Shown here: positions 12,008 through 23,108 of the stretch, piece after piece
Position numbering within the stretch: the first letter of the stretch is position 1
Layout: each line of letters begins with the position of its first letter
Assembly: GCA_048213135.1 (NCBI GenBank)
Contig: PS015010.1
Coordinates: 124,001-188,000, forward strand
Source: Reclinomonas americana ATCC 50394
Taxonomy: Eukaryota
DNA length: 64,000 nt
Reading direction: 5' to 3'
Made by a program: the position numbers and the translations under genes
The notes under the pieces: generated by a model
Seen by the model: the letters and a program-made list of their open reading frames with translations, nothing else
The model's database searches: none
Told to the model about the DNA's origin: nothing

Positions 12008-13108
12008 CTATACCAGCTTATAAAACTTCCCCGGGAGAGCCGCCACGATCCCCTGCATTTCCAGCATCAACAGGGCATTGGCTGCTGTGCCGCTGCTGAG
12101 GCCGGTTTTGAGGCAGAGTTCATCTACCTGTACCTGCTCTTTCTGCTGCAGCACGGTAACCACCCGTTGCTCCGGTTCGGATAGCTCAATAAATAATTCT
12201 TTCTGCTTTTTTACGGGCGACGGGCGGGTTTCCTGCCAGTTCATAGCCTCCACAATATCGGCGCTGCCGGTAACCAGGGAGGCTTTGTTATCGTGGATGA
12301 GCCGGTTGCAACCCTCGCTTTTAAGATCACCGGCGCGGCCGGGAATGGCAAATACATCGCGGTTATAACTGTTGGCCATTTCTGCCGTGATCAGCGACCC
12401 GCCTTTGCTGCCACTTTCCACCACCAATAAGGCATCGCACAGGCCCGCGACAATGCGGTTGCGTTTGGGAAAGTTCTGTTTGTCGGGCAGGGTAAAGCTC
12501 AACTGGTCGGTAAGCAACCCGCCGTTGGCGATCATGTTCCGGGCGAGTTGTTTGTTCTGTGGGGGATAGATACGGTCGAGGCCATGAGCAAGCACCGCCA
12601 CAGTTGGTAGCTGCTGCTGAAGTGCACAGGTATGGGCAATGGTATCGATACCAAAGGCCAGGCCGCTGATGATCATAATACCCGCGTCTTTCAATCCTTC
12701 GATCATTTTTTCGCAGCATGATTTTCCGTAAACTGTATTTTTCCGGGTGCCCACAACGGAAAGGATGCGGGGGTGGTTGAGGTCAGCTTCGCCCCGGTAA
12801 TACAATAATACAGGACTGTCGTAGCAATGCAGCAGCCGTTTCGGGTAGGCAGGGTCGGTTATAAAAAGAGGCGTGATCCTGTACCGTTCCATGAAGGATA
12901 TTTCTGTCTCAGCCGAAGTAAAATCGGAGAAATTTTTTATGGAGGAAGCTCTTACGGTACCAATACCTTCCAGTTTTTCGAGGTCTTTTTTCTTTGCTTT
13001 AAAAATGGATTGCGCATCGCCGAAAATACCGGTCAATGCTTTCGCCTGCACATCGCCGATATGCGGTACAAGCGTGAGGGCAACCTGGTATAGGAGATCA
13101 TTGTTCAT
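12008..13108 (-). CDS. dprA: DNA-processing protein DprA
   Basis: YPKRL, VVGTR, SGLAFGID, NFPKRNRIVAGL, GGSLITA motifs; C-terminal winged helix. Confidence 0.95.
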   Translation of the reverse strand: MNNDLLYQVALTLVPHIGDVQAKALTGIFGDAQSIFKAKKKDLEKLEGIGTVRASSIKNFSDFTSAETEISFMERYRITPLFITDPAYPKRLLHCYDSPVLLYYRGEADLNHPRILSVVGTRKNTVYGKSCCEKMIEGLKDAGIMIISGLAFGIDTIAHTCALQQQLPTVAVLAHGLDRIYPPQNKQLARNMIANGGLLTDQLSFTLPDKQNFPKRNRIVAGLCDALLVVESGSKGGSLITAEMANSYNRDVFAIPGRAGDLKSEGCNRLIHDNKASLVTGSADIVEAMNWQETRPSPVKKQKELFIELSEPEQRVVTVLQQKEQVQVDELCLKTGLSSGTAANALLMLEMQGIVAALPGKFYKLV

Positions 13109-13155
13109 GCGGCAGTGGCCGCGATATTACGATGCTGCTGAAGAAGTAACCGTTT

Positions 13156-15084
13156 TTAATTGCTTATTACCGAAAGTTCCGTGCGCCGGTTCTGTGCTCT
13201 GCCATCATCGGTGGTGTTGCCGGCTACGGGCTGCCCTGCCCCAAAACCTTTGGCAACAAGTCTTCCCGCGGTTATGCCCTTGGAGAGAAGATAATTGACC
13301 ACGGCTTTTGCCCGGTTATCCGATAAAATAAGATTGTCTTTATCCTGTCCTACATTATCAGTATGCCCGCTGATCTGTATCTTCAGGTTAGGATTGTCAT
13401 TCAGCAATTGCGCTACCTTGTTAAGTTCCGTCACCGATCCAGGTTTCAGCACAAAAGATTTGCTGTCGAAGAAAATATTCCGGAGTACAATTCCTGCACC
13501 GGCCTCCAGTGGCTGAAGGGGAATGTCACGCGTAAAAGCGGAGTCGGTTTCATGCAGTGAAAAATTATCGGAATAAAAAAGATAACCTTTGCGGTTGACG
13601 TTAAACGCGTAATCTTTTCCTGCCGGAAGTGTAACGAGATAGTTGCCTTCCTCATCGGTCTGCAGGCGGCTGATTGTATTTCGTGTACTGATATCCGTTA
13701 GTTCAACAAGAGAAGGCAATCCCTGTCCTGTTTTTTTATCATATACTTTTCCTTTCACCCACAGGGTGGTCAGTGGCCTTACTTCTTTGCGCAATTCAAA
13801 ACTGTACAGGTCGAGCCCGCCACGGGTATCGCTCCTGTCGCTGGCATACCAGGCCGTGCGGCCGTCGGCAGAAACCACCAGCGATCCTTCGTCATCAATG
13901 GTATTAATGGGGTAGCCCAGGTTCTCTGCTACTGTCCAGCTGGTATCGGTCACTTTTGTACACATGAAGAGGTCGGAGTTGCCATAGCCGGTATGGCCAT
14001 TGCTGTTGAAGTACAGTGTCTGGTTATCGGCATGCATGAACGGGCAGCTTTCATCACCGTTTGTGTTCACAGCTTCACCCAGGTTTTCGGGACGGCTCCA
14101 CCTGCCATTGGAGAGGCGGTGGCTGACCCAGATGTCTTTACCACCAAAGCCACCAGGCCGGTTGCTGGCAAAATAAAGATCCCGTTTATCAGGAGAAAGA
14201 GAAGGCGACGATTCCCAGAATTCGGTATTGATGGCCGGGCCAATGTTCTGCGCCTCGCTCCATCCGTTATTGGTACGTATGGAGAAATAGAGATCACAAC
14301 TGCCGGCGCCTTCGGGGTAATTGCAACCGGTGAATACCAGTAACTGTCCATCCTGCGAAATACTTTGCGCCGCTTCGTTCATATCCGTATTTACCCTGCC
14401 GCCGAGCGGGTGGGCTTTTGACCATACGCCGTTCACCAGTTCACTCTCATAAAAATCTTCATCACTGTTCACCCGCCTGCAAAAGATCATTTTTTTTCCG
14501 TCGATGGTAAACGAAGGAAAATATTCAAGGTCGATGGTATTGATGCTGTCACCCATATTCCTGGGAATGAAATGATACTGGTCTGCGGGATGTTGCTTTG
14601 CGTAATCGATCGCAAATTCGTATACACCTTTACGGTAGTTACCGGCTCTTGTGCTTTGCTGGTTGAGTTTGGGGTTGGTAAGAAAACCATTGACCGCAGT
14701 AAGCGCCTGCTCAAACTTTCCTGTTCCTGCAAGCGATATGGAGTAGGGAAGCAGGTAATCATGAGTGTAAACAGAGTCGATGCGGAAAGCATTCTCGAAT
14801 TCAGTCACGGAACCAGAATAGTTTTTCATATTGGCGTATATGCCTGCCCGTGAGAGCAGGGCATCTACAAATTTGGGTTCAATAACCAGGGCTTCTTTGA
14901 TGTACTGCAAGGCTTCGGTATATTTCCCGTCCATAGCTGCTTCATAAGCCCGGCCATACACCTGGCCGGCTTTTTTATTTACTTTGTCGGGGTCATAAGA
15001 CTGTGCTTTCACCACGGCCGGAATAAGTACCGTCGCGAAAATGATCGTGAGCAAAAGGGATATGGAACGGAGCCTTTGTCGCAT
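13156..15084 (-). CDS. OmpA-family protein with TPR and PD40 repeats (PorE-like architecture)
   Basis: TPRs; PD40 repeats (SPSLSPDKRDLYFASNRPGG); OmpA domain GHTD...LSDNRAKAV...NRRTE. Confidence 0.9.
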   Translation of the reverse strand: MRQRLRSISLLLTIIFATVLIPAVVKAQSYDPDKVNKKAGQVYGRAYEAAMDGKYTEALQYIKEALVIEPKFVDALLSRAGIYANMKNYSGSVTEFENAFRIDSVYTHDYLLPYSISLAGTGKFEQALTAVNGFLTNPKLNQQSTRAGNYRKGVYEFAIDYAKQHPADQYHFIPRNMGDSINTIDLEYFPSFTIDGKKMIFCRRVNSDEDFYESELVNGVWSKAHPLGGRVNTDMNEAAQSISQDGQLLVFTGCNYPEGAGSCDLYFSIRTNNGWSEAQNIGPAINTEFWESSPSLSPDKRDLYFASNRPGGFGGKDIWVSHRLSNGRWSRPENLGEAVNTNGDESCPFMHADNQTLYFNSNGHTGYGNSDLFMCTKVTDTSWTVAENLGYPINTIDDEGSLVVSADGRTAWYASDRSDTRGGLDLYSFELRKEVRPLTTLWVKGKVYDKKTGQGLPSLVELTDISTRNTISRLQTDEEGNYLVTLPAGKDYAFNVNRKGYLFYSDNFSLHETDSAFTRDIPLQPLEAGAGIVLRNIFFDSKSFVLKPGSVTELNKVAQLLNDNPNLKIQISGHTDNVGQDKDNLILSDNRAKAVVNYLLSKGITAGRLVAKGFGAGQPVAGNTTDDGRAQNRRTELSVISN

Positions 15085-15182
15085 GTTATATTTTCAGCCT
15101 GTGAAGATAAAACGAATTGAAGCGGGATATAGTTTGCAATTGTTAAATTAATTCTCCGCCGGGTACAATGAACAGGCTTGTG

Positions 15183-15803
15183 TTAAGGAACGTTGATGTA
15201 CTTATGCACCTGCAGGGAAATGCGCCATTGGGGATTGGCTTTAACATATTCAATGATCATAGGTGTTACAATTGCTGCCTTATCCCATTCGGGTTGCAGG
15301 TATAGCCGGCATGCGGGGGATACCTGTGCGGCATATTTTTCAGCCCAGGCAAAATCCGATTTGTTGAATACCACCACCTTCAGTTCGTTGGCCAGCGGGA
15401 GTATTTCCGGCAGCGGGGCTTTGAATTTTTTGGGCGACAGGCAAATCCAGTCCCAGCTGCCGCTGAGCGGGTGAGAACCTGAGGTTTCTATATTGGTCTC
15501 TATGCCTTTTGATTGCAAAGCGGAAGTGAGTGCGTCGAGGTTATGCATAAGCGGTTCTCCGCCGGTGATCACTGCGAGTGGTGCATTTACATTTTCTACC
15601 CATTCCACCAGTGTATTAATATCGCGGAGCGGGTGACGCCCGGCATCCCAGCTGTCTTTTACATCACACCAAACACAACCCACATCACAACCGCCCAGCC
15701 TGATGAAGTAGGCAGCCCTTCCCTGGTGCGCTCCTTCACCCTGTATGGTGTAGAAATGCTCCATTACGGGTAATTGCTGTATGGTGGTTGTTGCTTCCGT
15801 CAT
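15183..15803 (-). CDS. queE: 7-carboxy-7-deazaguanine synthase (radical SAM)
   Basis: FYTIQGEG, CDVGCVWCD, TGGEP, IETSG, SPK, QVHK motifs. Confidence 0.92.
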   Translation of the reverse strand: MTEATTTIQQLPVMEHFYTIQGEGAHQGRAAYFIRLGGCDVGCVWCDVKDSWDAGRHPLRDINTLVEWVENVNAPLAVITGGEPLMHNLDALTSALQSKGIETNIETSGSHPLSGSWDWICLSPKKFKAPLPEILPLANELKVVVFNKSDFAWAEKYAAQVSPACRLYLQPEWDKAAIVTPMIIEYVKANPQWRISLQVHKYINVP

Positions 15804-15824
15804 TGTGTATGCTTCTTTTTCTTC

Positions 15825-16703
15825 TTATGCACTTCTCATTACAGAGGCATTGTATGTATTCATAAGCAGCGCGGCAATGGTCATCAGGCCTACGCCGCCG
15901 GGCACCGGGGTGATATAACTGCAGTGTGGCGCTACTTTTTCAAAATCCACATCGCCTTTAATAGCGAAGCCTGATTTTTTGCTTTCATCGGGCACGCGGG
16001 TAATGCCTACATCAATAACAACGGCGCCGGGTTTAACCATATCTTCTTTAAGGAAACCGGGTATGCCCAATGCGGCAACAATAATATCCGCCTGCCGGCA
16101 AATATCTTCCAGGTTTTTACTTCGGCTATGGCATACCGTTACTGTGCAGTTGCCGGGGTTGGTATTCATGTTCAGCAGGATGCTTATGGGGCGGCCGACT
16201 ATATTGCTGCGGCCTATTACTACGGCGTGTTTGCCGCTGGTATCAATCTTGTAATGCTCCAGCATGAGCATGATGCCGTAAGGTGTTGCGGGAATAAAAG
16301 TAGGCAGACCCTGTACCATACGTCCCACACTTACCGGGTGAAACCCGTCCACATCTTTTTGCGGATCAATCAGGTTGATGATCCTGTTCTCATCTATTTG
16401 TTTGGGGAGAGGAAGTTGTACCAGTATACCGTCTACATCATCATCCTGGTTCAGTTTCTCAATGGCTTCCACGAGCCCGGCTTCGCTGATGGTTTCTTCC
16501 AGGCGTACGAGGGTGCTGCTGAAACCCACTTCTTCGCAACTTTTTACTTTGCTGGCCACATAGGTTTCACTGGCGCCGTTATTACCCACCAGTATGGCGG
16601 CCAGGTGCGGTGTTTTCTTTCCCTGGTTCTTCAATTGGATCGTCTTTTCGCGTATTGTTTCCTTTACCGAACGGGAAACGAGCTTGCCATCTAATATTTC
16701 CAT
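15825..16703 (-). CDS. folD: Bifunctional methylene-THF dehydrogenase/cyclohydrolase
   Basis: [34 protein letters not shown] motifs. Confidence 0.97.
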   Translation of the reverse strand: MEILDGKLVSRSVKETIREKTIQLKNQGKKTPHLAAILVGNNGASETYVASKVKSCEEVGFSSTLVRLEETISEAGLVEAIEKLNQDDDVDGILVQLPLPKQIDENRIINLIDPQKDVDGFHPVSVGRMVQGLPTFIPATPYGIMLMLEHYKIDTSGKHAVVIGRSNIVGRPISILLNMNTNPGNCTVTVCHSRSKNLEDICRQADIIVAALGIPGFLKEDMVKPGAVVIDVGITRVPDESKKSGFAIKGDVDFEKVAPHCSYITPVPGGVGLMTIAALLMNTYNASVMRSA

Positions 16704-16707
16704 GGCG

Positions 16708-16715
16708 CAAAAGTA
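16708..16715 (-). promoter_or_regulatory. -7 promoter element for folD
   Basis: TACTTTTG on minus strand, 4 nt before the ATG. Confidence 0.65.
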
Positions 16716-16796
16716 GAAAACAATTACCGATTTCGGTTTCCCGCAATGCTTCCGCTGTCACCAGCCGATATATTACCCGCCTAAAATTGATACATT

Positions 16797-17621
16797 ATGA
16801 AAACAGTACTCTTCTTATCAGGCACGCTGGCCTGGGCTCTCCTGTTGCCCGCACAGTCAATGCGTTATCCTTTATCGGCGCCCGGCACCGGTCTTGCCGC
16901 CTACAGCAATGCTCATTACCACCCGCTTGCATTTACCGCCAATGCCGCTGCGCTGGCCCGGGTAAAAGGTGCCGGGTTGGGTTTTGCCGGGGAGCGAAGG
17001 TTTATGCTGGCACAGCTGGGGTCTTACCTCGCCGGGCTGGAACTGCCTACCCGCCTGGGCAACTTCGGGGCGCAGTTGCAGTACAGCGGTTCGGGAGGTT
17101 TTAATGAAAAGCGGATCGGTATTTCCTGTGGCAGATCTGCCGGAAAAAAGCTGGACGCAGGGATTGGGTTCCAGTATTACAGTTATACCCTGGCTGCGGT
17201 CAAAACGGCTTCGGCCTTCACTGCCGAGGCGGGTATACTGGTTCATCTTACACCGCAGGTTCAGGCGGGCATCAGTTGTTATAATCCTGTTGGCGGAAAA
17301 CTGGGAAAGGGTAGTGGAGAGAAGCTGCCTGCTGTTTACAGGTTCGGCCTGGGATATGATGTCTCAGACCGTTTATTTACTGCGGTGGAAATACAAAAAG
17401 AAGAAAACAAAACGATCGGTATTACTGCCGGTCTGCAATACCGGTATGCCAAAAAAATGACGGCTGAACTGGGTGTTGTAACGGCGTCTTCCATTTGGTT
17501 TGCCGGTGCGGGATACAAAATTAATAAAATGCGTTTACTGGTTAACGTTAGTTATCACCATCAATTGGGTATAACGCCGGGACTAAGAATATTTTATCAC
17601 TTTAAAAACGATAGCATATGA
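16797..17621 (+). CDS. Putative outer-membrane beta-barrel protein (PorV/PorQ/FadL-like)
   Basis: Signal peptide; N-AAL motif; alternating beta-strands; overlaps the next gene (ATGA). Confidence 0.6.
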   Translation: MKTVLFLSGTLAWALLLPAQSMRYPLSAPGTGLAAYSNAHYHPLAFTANAAALARVKGAGLGFAGERRFMLAQLGSYLAGLELPTRLGNFGAQLQYSGSGGFNEKRIGISCGRSAGKKLDAGIGFQYYSYTLAAVKTASAFTAEAGILVHLTPQVQAGISCYNPVGGKLGKGSGEKLPAVYRFGLGYDVSDRLFTAVEIQKEENKTIGITAGLQYRYAKKMTAELGVVTASSIWFAGAGYKINKMRLLVNVSYHHQLGITPGLRIFYHFKNDSI

Positions 17622-19663
17622 GAACATTATTCGTTTTGTTTTTCATCATTAATTGTGTGTGTGCAGTTGCGCAGCAACCGGAGGAAATAGCGGAACAGCA
17701 ACCGGAAAATGCCATTCGTATCAACGCGGATGAAGAAACGGAAGATCATTCCTTTCTTCAGCAACTGCAGTTATATCTTGATCATCCGCTCAACCTGAAT
17801 ACCGCTGCTGAAGCGGATATAGCCGCCTTGCCATTTGTTACGCCTGTGCAGGCAGGGCAGTTGTTATCCTACAGGAACCTGTTCGGAAATTTTATTGACC
17901 TGTATGAGTTGCAGGCTGTTCCGGGCTGGGGAATTGAACTGCTGTCAAAAATTCGTATGTACGTTACTGTTAGTTCAGAAATAAAACTGGCCACGACGAT
18001 AAAACAACGCTTTAGTAAAAGCAACGCTTTTGTATTATTCAGGATGTCACAAGTGCTGGAACGGGCGGAAGGGTATAAGCAGGATGAAGATTCTTCAGGC
18101 AACTATTATCCCGGTTCACCATTGAAACTGCTCCTTCGTTTTACCTGGAATTATAAAGACCTGCTGCAGTATGGTGTGCTTGCGGAAAAGGACGCAGGGG
18201 AACAGTTTTTTAAAGGGGCGCAAAAGCAGGGATTTGATTTTTATTCCGCACATATTTTCATGCGGCGGCTGGGCATACTGAAAGCAGTAGCGATTGGTGA
18301 TTTCACCGTCCGCCTTGGCCAGGGGTTAACCGAATGGCAGGGGTTGTCATTCGCCGGCGGAGATGCCGGGTTTATCAAAAGGCAGGGGCCTGTATTGACG
18401 CCTTACCATTCCGTGGGAGAAGCCGGTTTTCACAGGGGAGTCGGCATAACCGCAGGAAAAGGGCAGTGGGAGGTAACGTGTTTTGGATCGTACCGGAAAA
18501 TAGACGGGAACCTGGTAAACGATACTGTAACTGATCGGGTATATGTTTCTTCTCTCCCCGCGTCGGGCTATCACCGCACAGCTTCGGAGGTGGCAGACAA
18601 AAGTGTACAGCAGCAAACTGCCTTTGGCGGCAGGCTGGCCTGGGGCAAGCGGACATTAAAATTGGGGATCAATGTGATAGCCTACACTTTCCGTTACAAC
18701 CTTGATAAAGGCAGTGAACCTTATGAGCGATACGCTCTGAAAGGACGTAACTGGTTCAATTACAGCGTTGATTACGCCTATACATTCAGGAATTGCCACT
18801 TCTTCGGGGAACTGGCCGCTGCAAAAGGAGGCGGGTACGCTTTCCTGGGCGGCCTGGTGCTGAGCCTGTCTTCCCTGGTGGATATGAACCTGCTGTACAG
18901 GAATATTTCACCAGCTTACCAGTCCGTGAGCGGCAGTGCATTTACACGTAATACGCTGCCATCCAATGAAAAAGGCTTGTTTATGGGGCTGATCCTGCGT
19001 CCGATTTCCGGCTGGCGGATCGATGCTTTTGCCGACCTGTACAGTTTTCCGTGGCTGCGTTACCGGGTATATGCGCCATCCCGCGGGGCGGACTACAGTC
19101 TTCGCTTATCCTGGAAACCGGCCAGGGGAACGGAATTATATGCTGTTTACCGGTTGGGTAATCAGCCGGTTAATTTTTTGTCTTTTCCTGCAAGCCGTAT
19201 GCCGGGTATTGGCAGCTTTGGCAGGAAAGATCTGCGTATACAATTGGATACCAGGCTGTTCGGGAATTGCCGTTTCCGGGCCAGGGCAGAGTTGCTGTGG
19301 ACAAAAGGTCCGGGTGGCGAAAAAGGCACAGGAGCCTTATTTTATGCCGACCTGGTGGGTAAACCGGGGTTCTTCCGGGGCAGTTTAGGAGGCCGTTTGC
19401 AGTACTTTGAAACGGATGGGTATGATAACCGGTTGTATGCCTATGAAAATGATGTTTTGTACAGCAGTTCCAACACGGTTTTCTATGATAAAGGGCTAAG
19501 ATATTATATAAATATAAAATATCAGATGGCCAAAAGGCTGGTTTTCTGGCTCCGGTTTTCACAAACCCTTTCCCGGGACAAAACCCTTACCGGTAGTGGA
19601 TTAGACCACCTTTTTGGGGGTAGTCGATCCGAGGTTAAATTTCAGTCAATTTATAAACTTTAA
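17618..19663 (+). CDS. ComEA-like helix-hairpin-helix protein with C-terminal beta-barrel
   Basis: PLNLNTAAEADIAALPF...ELQAVPGW HhH region; EKDAGE, GDFTVRLGQGL, GYHRT, YAYENDVLY motifs; terminal beta-strand ending YKL. Confidence 0.8.
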   Translation: MRTLFVLFFIINCVCAVAQQPEEIAEQQPENAIRINADEETEDHSFLQQLQLYLDHPLNLNTAAEADIAALPFVTPVQAGQLLSYRNLFGNFIDLYELQAVPGWGIELLSKIRMYVTVSSEIKLATTIKQRFSKSNAFVLFRMSQVLERAEGYKQDEDSSGNYYPGSPLKLLLRFTWNYKDLLQYGVLAEKDAGEQFFKGAQKQGFDFYSAHIFMRRLGILKAVAIGDFTVRLGQGLTEWQGLSFAGGDAGFIKRQGPVLTPYHSVGEAGFHRGVGITAGKGQWEVTCFGSYRKIDGNLVNDTVTDRVYVSSLPASGYHRTASEVADKSVQQQTAFGGRLAWGKRTLKLGINVIAYTFRYNLDKGSEPYERYALKGRNWFNYSVDYAYTFRNCHFFGELAAAKGGGYAFLGGLVLSLSSLVDMNLLYRNISPAYQSVSGSAFTRNTLPSNEKGLFMGLILRPISGWRIDAFADLYSFPWLRYRVYAPSRGADYSLRLSWKPARGTELYAVYRLGNQPVNFLSFPASRMPGIGSFGRKDLRIQLDTRLFGNCRFRARAELLWTKGPGGEKGTGALFYADLVGKPGFFRGSLGGRLQYFETDGYDNRLYAYENDVLYSSSNTVFYDKGLRYYINIKYQMAKRLVFWLRFSQTLSRDKTLTGSGLDHLFGGSRSEVKFQSIYKL

Positions 19664-19807
19664 CAATTTCATACCATAAAAGCAGCTTTTCAACATAAGT
19701 TCTTGTCCTTTTATCAGGGAAATTGGCTTAACAGAATTATTTAACATTTTTTTGACGTTAAGAAAATATCCTTATTTTTACAAATCATTAAACTCAATTA
19801 ATCGCAC

Positions 19808-22800
19808 ATGAGAAGATTTTTAACACTGTTTACAATGCTGATGCTCTGTGGGGTATTGGCATTTGCGCAAACCCGGGTGGTGTCGGGACGTGTTACCGAT
19901 AGGGATGGTAATGCGGTACCTTTTGCATCAATCAAAATAAAGGGCACGCCTACTGGTATTTCTGCGGATGCCAACGGTTCTTACACCATCAGGATTAAGG
20001 ATGGTGATGTACTGGAGGTTTCAGGTACAAGTTTCAAACCAGTAGATGTACCGGTTGGAACTCAAACCAGCATCACCACTATGCTGGAAAAAAATACTGC
20101 TGTAAACGACCTGAAAGAGATCGTAGTTACAGGCGCCTTCAACACCAAGCGTACAGCCAGGTCAACTGTTGCTAACGCTCAGAATGTTACAGGTGACCAA
20201 ATGAACACGATCCGTCAACCGAACATCAACAACGCCCTTGCCGGTAAAGTTGCCGGTTTACAGGTGCGCAGCCAGTCTGCAGCCAGCCTGGGTGCAGATA
20301 ACATTGTTCGTTTGAGGGGTGAAAACGGTATTGGTATTGGCGGTGGTGCTCTCTATGTAGTAGACGGTACGATCATGCCAAGTGCGAATGATATCAGCAC
20401 TGATGACGTTGAGGATGTTACTGTACTTCAGGGTCCTGCCGCGGCAGCTCTGTTCGGCAGTGATGGTGCCAATGGTGCGATCATTGTTACCACTAAAAAA
20501 GCTAAACGTAACCAACCTGGTATCGGTCTGGAAATCAACTCTGGTGTTCAATTTGACAGGGTATACATCCTGCCTGATTACCAAAATGCATATGCCGGTG
20601 GTACCGATGGTAACTTCAGGCAATATCATTATAAAGCAGGTGATCCGGAAGGTTGGAAACAACTGGATGGTAAATACTACCACGATTACACTGAAGACGT
20701 AAGCTGGGGTCCACGTATGGCCGGACAGGAATATATTCCTTGGTATGCATGGTATTCCGGTAGCGAGTACTCTTACAAAACTGCTAAGCTGACCCCTCAG
20801 CCTAACAACGTACGTGACTTCTTCAATACAGGTGTTACTAAAAATAATAACATCAACTTCTCTAAAGCAGGTGAAGGTTATAACATCAGGGCTTCTTACA
20901 CTAACCTTGATCAGCAAGGTCTGATTCCAAACTCTTACCTGAAAAAACACACTTTCACTGTAAACGCCAGCATCGACCTGAGCAGCAAATTCACTGTTGC
21001 CGTTAATGCTAACTATATCAGCCAAAGGAGCAATTCTGAAAATGATAACACCTATGGTAACACTACCTCTGGTTCATTTAACCAATGGTTCCACAGGGAC
21101 CTGGAGATCAGCAAGCTGAAAGAACTCCGTTACCTGCGTGGACCCAATGGTGAGCTGACTACCTGGAACCACAACAACCCGGAAAGCTACAGCGCTGCTA
21201 ACAATGGTTCTTCTTTCTTTAAAGCATACTACTGGCATGGTCCTTACACCTGGCAGGACAACGTGCTGAACTTCACTAACAGGGACAGGTTGTTTGGTGA
21301 CGCGTCACTGACTTACAAACCAACCAATGACCTGACTTTCAAGTTCACTTACAGGAAACAACAGCTGACTACCAACAGCGATACAAGGATGTACAACGCC
21401 CTTGATCTGAGTGCTGGTACCAATTCCGGTTTCAACTACTGGGAAGCTGCCAACGGTCGCTCCAGGGTTTGGGGTGGTTATGGCCTCGGCTATTCTCAGA
21501 GCAACAGGCAGAACTACGAGTTCCTGGGTACTTACAGGAAGAAAATCAAAAACTTCCAGTTCAACCTCCTGGGTGGTATCGACCTGCTGAAAACCAGGCT
21601 GTCTACTTACAATGCCAACACACTGGGTGGTCTGTTCGTACCAGACTTCTTCTCTCTGTCTAACGGTAAGAACGGTGTAAACCAGGTTAACACTATCACT
21701 AACACTGCCCGCAGGGCCCTGTTTGCCAACTTAAGCATTGGCTACAAGAACTTCGCATTTGTTGAAGGTACTTACCGCAGGGACTACTCTTCAACTGAAA
21801 GGCAAGGTTATTATATCGAAACCAAATCTGTGGGTGCCTCTTTTGTGTTCAGCGACCTGATCAACAAAAATGGTTCTACTTTCCTGAGCTTCGGTAAAAT
21901 CCGTGGTTCAATCGGTCAGATCCTCAACACCCTGGGTGCTTATCAATACTCTACTTATACTCCTAACACCCTGCTGTGGGGCAACAACCTGCTGATGGGT
22001 GAACCTAATACCCTGTTTGATCCATTGCTGCATGGCGCTGCTCAAACTGAAAAAGAAGCCGGTATCGAACTGCGTTTCCTGAAAAACAGGATCGGTATTA
22101 CTGCTACTTACTGGGACAGGACCAACAAAGACTTCCCGCTTTCTGTGGGTGTGTCTCCTTACACTGGTTACAACACTGTTAACACCAATGCTGGTGAAGT
22201 TAAGAAAACAGGTATCGACATCCAGTTGTTCCTGAACCCAATCAGGTCTAAAAACTTTGATTGGACCCTGAACGGAACCTGGGGTCGTCTGTTGAAAAAT
22301 GACGTAATCTCTATCAATGATGAACTGAACATCCAAAGGATCACTACTGAAGCCGGCGGTAACGGTAACATCAACCTGGTTAGTGAAAAAGGACAACGCT
22401 GGGGTCAGCTGAGGGGTACTGCTATCAAGCGTATCAACGGTCAGCCTGTATTAAGGACTGATGGTATCTACGAAAGGGAACAAAACGTGAACTTCGGTAG
22501 CTCACTGCCTGATTACACTGGTGGTGTTCAGAACACTTTCACACTGTTCAAAAACTTCCTGGTTAACATCAACGTTGACTTCTCTTATGGTGGTAAATTC
22601 TTCTCTCTGTCTGATTGGTACGGTAGCGGCACTGGTCTGACTGCCCGTACTGCCGGTATGAACGACAGGGGTATTCCTATCAGGGACGCTGTTGCTGATG
22701 GTGGTGGTATTCACGTATTCGGTGTAGATGGTACAGGTAAAGCTGTTGACTACTACGTTGAAGCCCGTGATTACTTCGAACAAAATGGTCTTTACAGCCA

Positions 22801-23062
22801 GGGTATCGTTGAAGAATCTCTTCGCGACCTGACCTTCGTTAAACTGAGGGAATTCAGCCTGGGTTATAAAGTTCCGGTAAGCAAACTCGGAATTGGTAAA
22901 TATGTTAAGAATGCCGTGTTCTCAGTAGTAGCCCGCAACCCATGGTTGATCTACTCTAAAGGAAAAGGATTTGATCCTTCTGAGCTGTCTAACAATAGCG
23001 GTGAAGATGGTCAGTTCCCTGGAACAAGGAGCCTTGGCTTTAACCTGAAATTAGGGTTCTAA
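19808..23062 (+). CDS. SusC/RagA TonB-dependent transporter
   Basis: N-terminal extension domain; LAGKVAGLQV, LYVVDG, VLQGPAAAALFGS plug motifs; C-terminus FPGTRSLGFNLKLGF. Confidence 0.95.
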   Translation: MRRFLTLFTMLMLCGVLAFAQTRVVSGRVTDRDGNAVPFASIKIKGTPTGISADANGSYTIRIKDGDVLEVSGTSFKPVDVPVGTQTSITTMLEKNTAVNDLKEIVVTGAFNTKRTARSTVANAQNVTGDQMNTIRQPNINNALAGKVAGLQVRSQSAASLGADNIVRLRGENGIGIGGGALYVVDGTIMPSANDISTDDVEDVTVLQGPAAAALFGSDGANGAIIVTTKKAKRNQPGIGLEINSGVQFDRVYILPDYQNAYAGGTDGNFRQYHYKAGDPEGWKQLDGKYYHDYTEDVSWGPRMAGQEYIPWYAWYSGSEYSYKTAKLTPQPNNVRDFFNTGVTKNNNINFSKAGEGYNIRASYTNLDQQGLIPNSYLKKHTFTVNASIDLSSKFTVAVNANYISQRSNSENDNTYGNTTSGSFNQWFHRDLEISKLKELRYLRGPNGELTTWNHNNPESYSAANNGSSFFKAYYWHGPYTWQDNVLNFTNRDRLFGDASLTYKPTNDLTFKFTYRKQQLTTNSDTRMYNALDLSAGTNSGFNYWEAANGRSRVWGGYGLGYSQSNRQNYEFLGTYRKKIKNFQFNLLGGIDLLKTRLSTYNANTLGGLFVPDFFSLSNGKNGVNQVNTITNTARRALFANLSIGYKNFAFVEGTYRRDYSSTERQGYYIETKSVGASFVFSDLINKNGSTFLSFGKIRGSIGQILNTLGAYQYSTYTPNTLLWGNNLLMGEPNTLFDPLLHGAAQTEKEAGIELRFLKNRIGITATYWDRTNKDFPLSVGVSPYTGYNTVNTNAGEVKKTGIDIQLFLNPIRSKNFDWTLNGTWGRLLKNDVISINDELNIQRITTEAGGNGNINLVSEKGQRWGQLRGTAIKRINGQPVLRTDGIYEREQNVNFGSSLPDYTGGVQNTFTLFKNFLVNINVDFSYGGKFFSLSDWYGSGTGLTARTAGMNDRGIPIRDAVADGGGIHVFGVDGTGKAVDYYVEARDYFEQNGLYSQGIVEESLRDLTFVKLREFSLGYKVPVSKLGIGKYVKNAVFSVVARNPWLIYSKGKGFDPSELSNNSGEDGQFPGTRSLGFNLKLGF

Positions 23063-23108
23063 TCAATAATTTCGAACCTTCAATTATCACAAAACAAATT
23101 TTTCTACC

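Noticed and set aside
15183..15803. queE as part of a dpd DNA-modification defence island
   Set aside because: It sits in a housekeeping run with folD and has no dpdA or tgt-like neighbours
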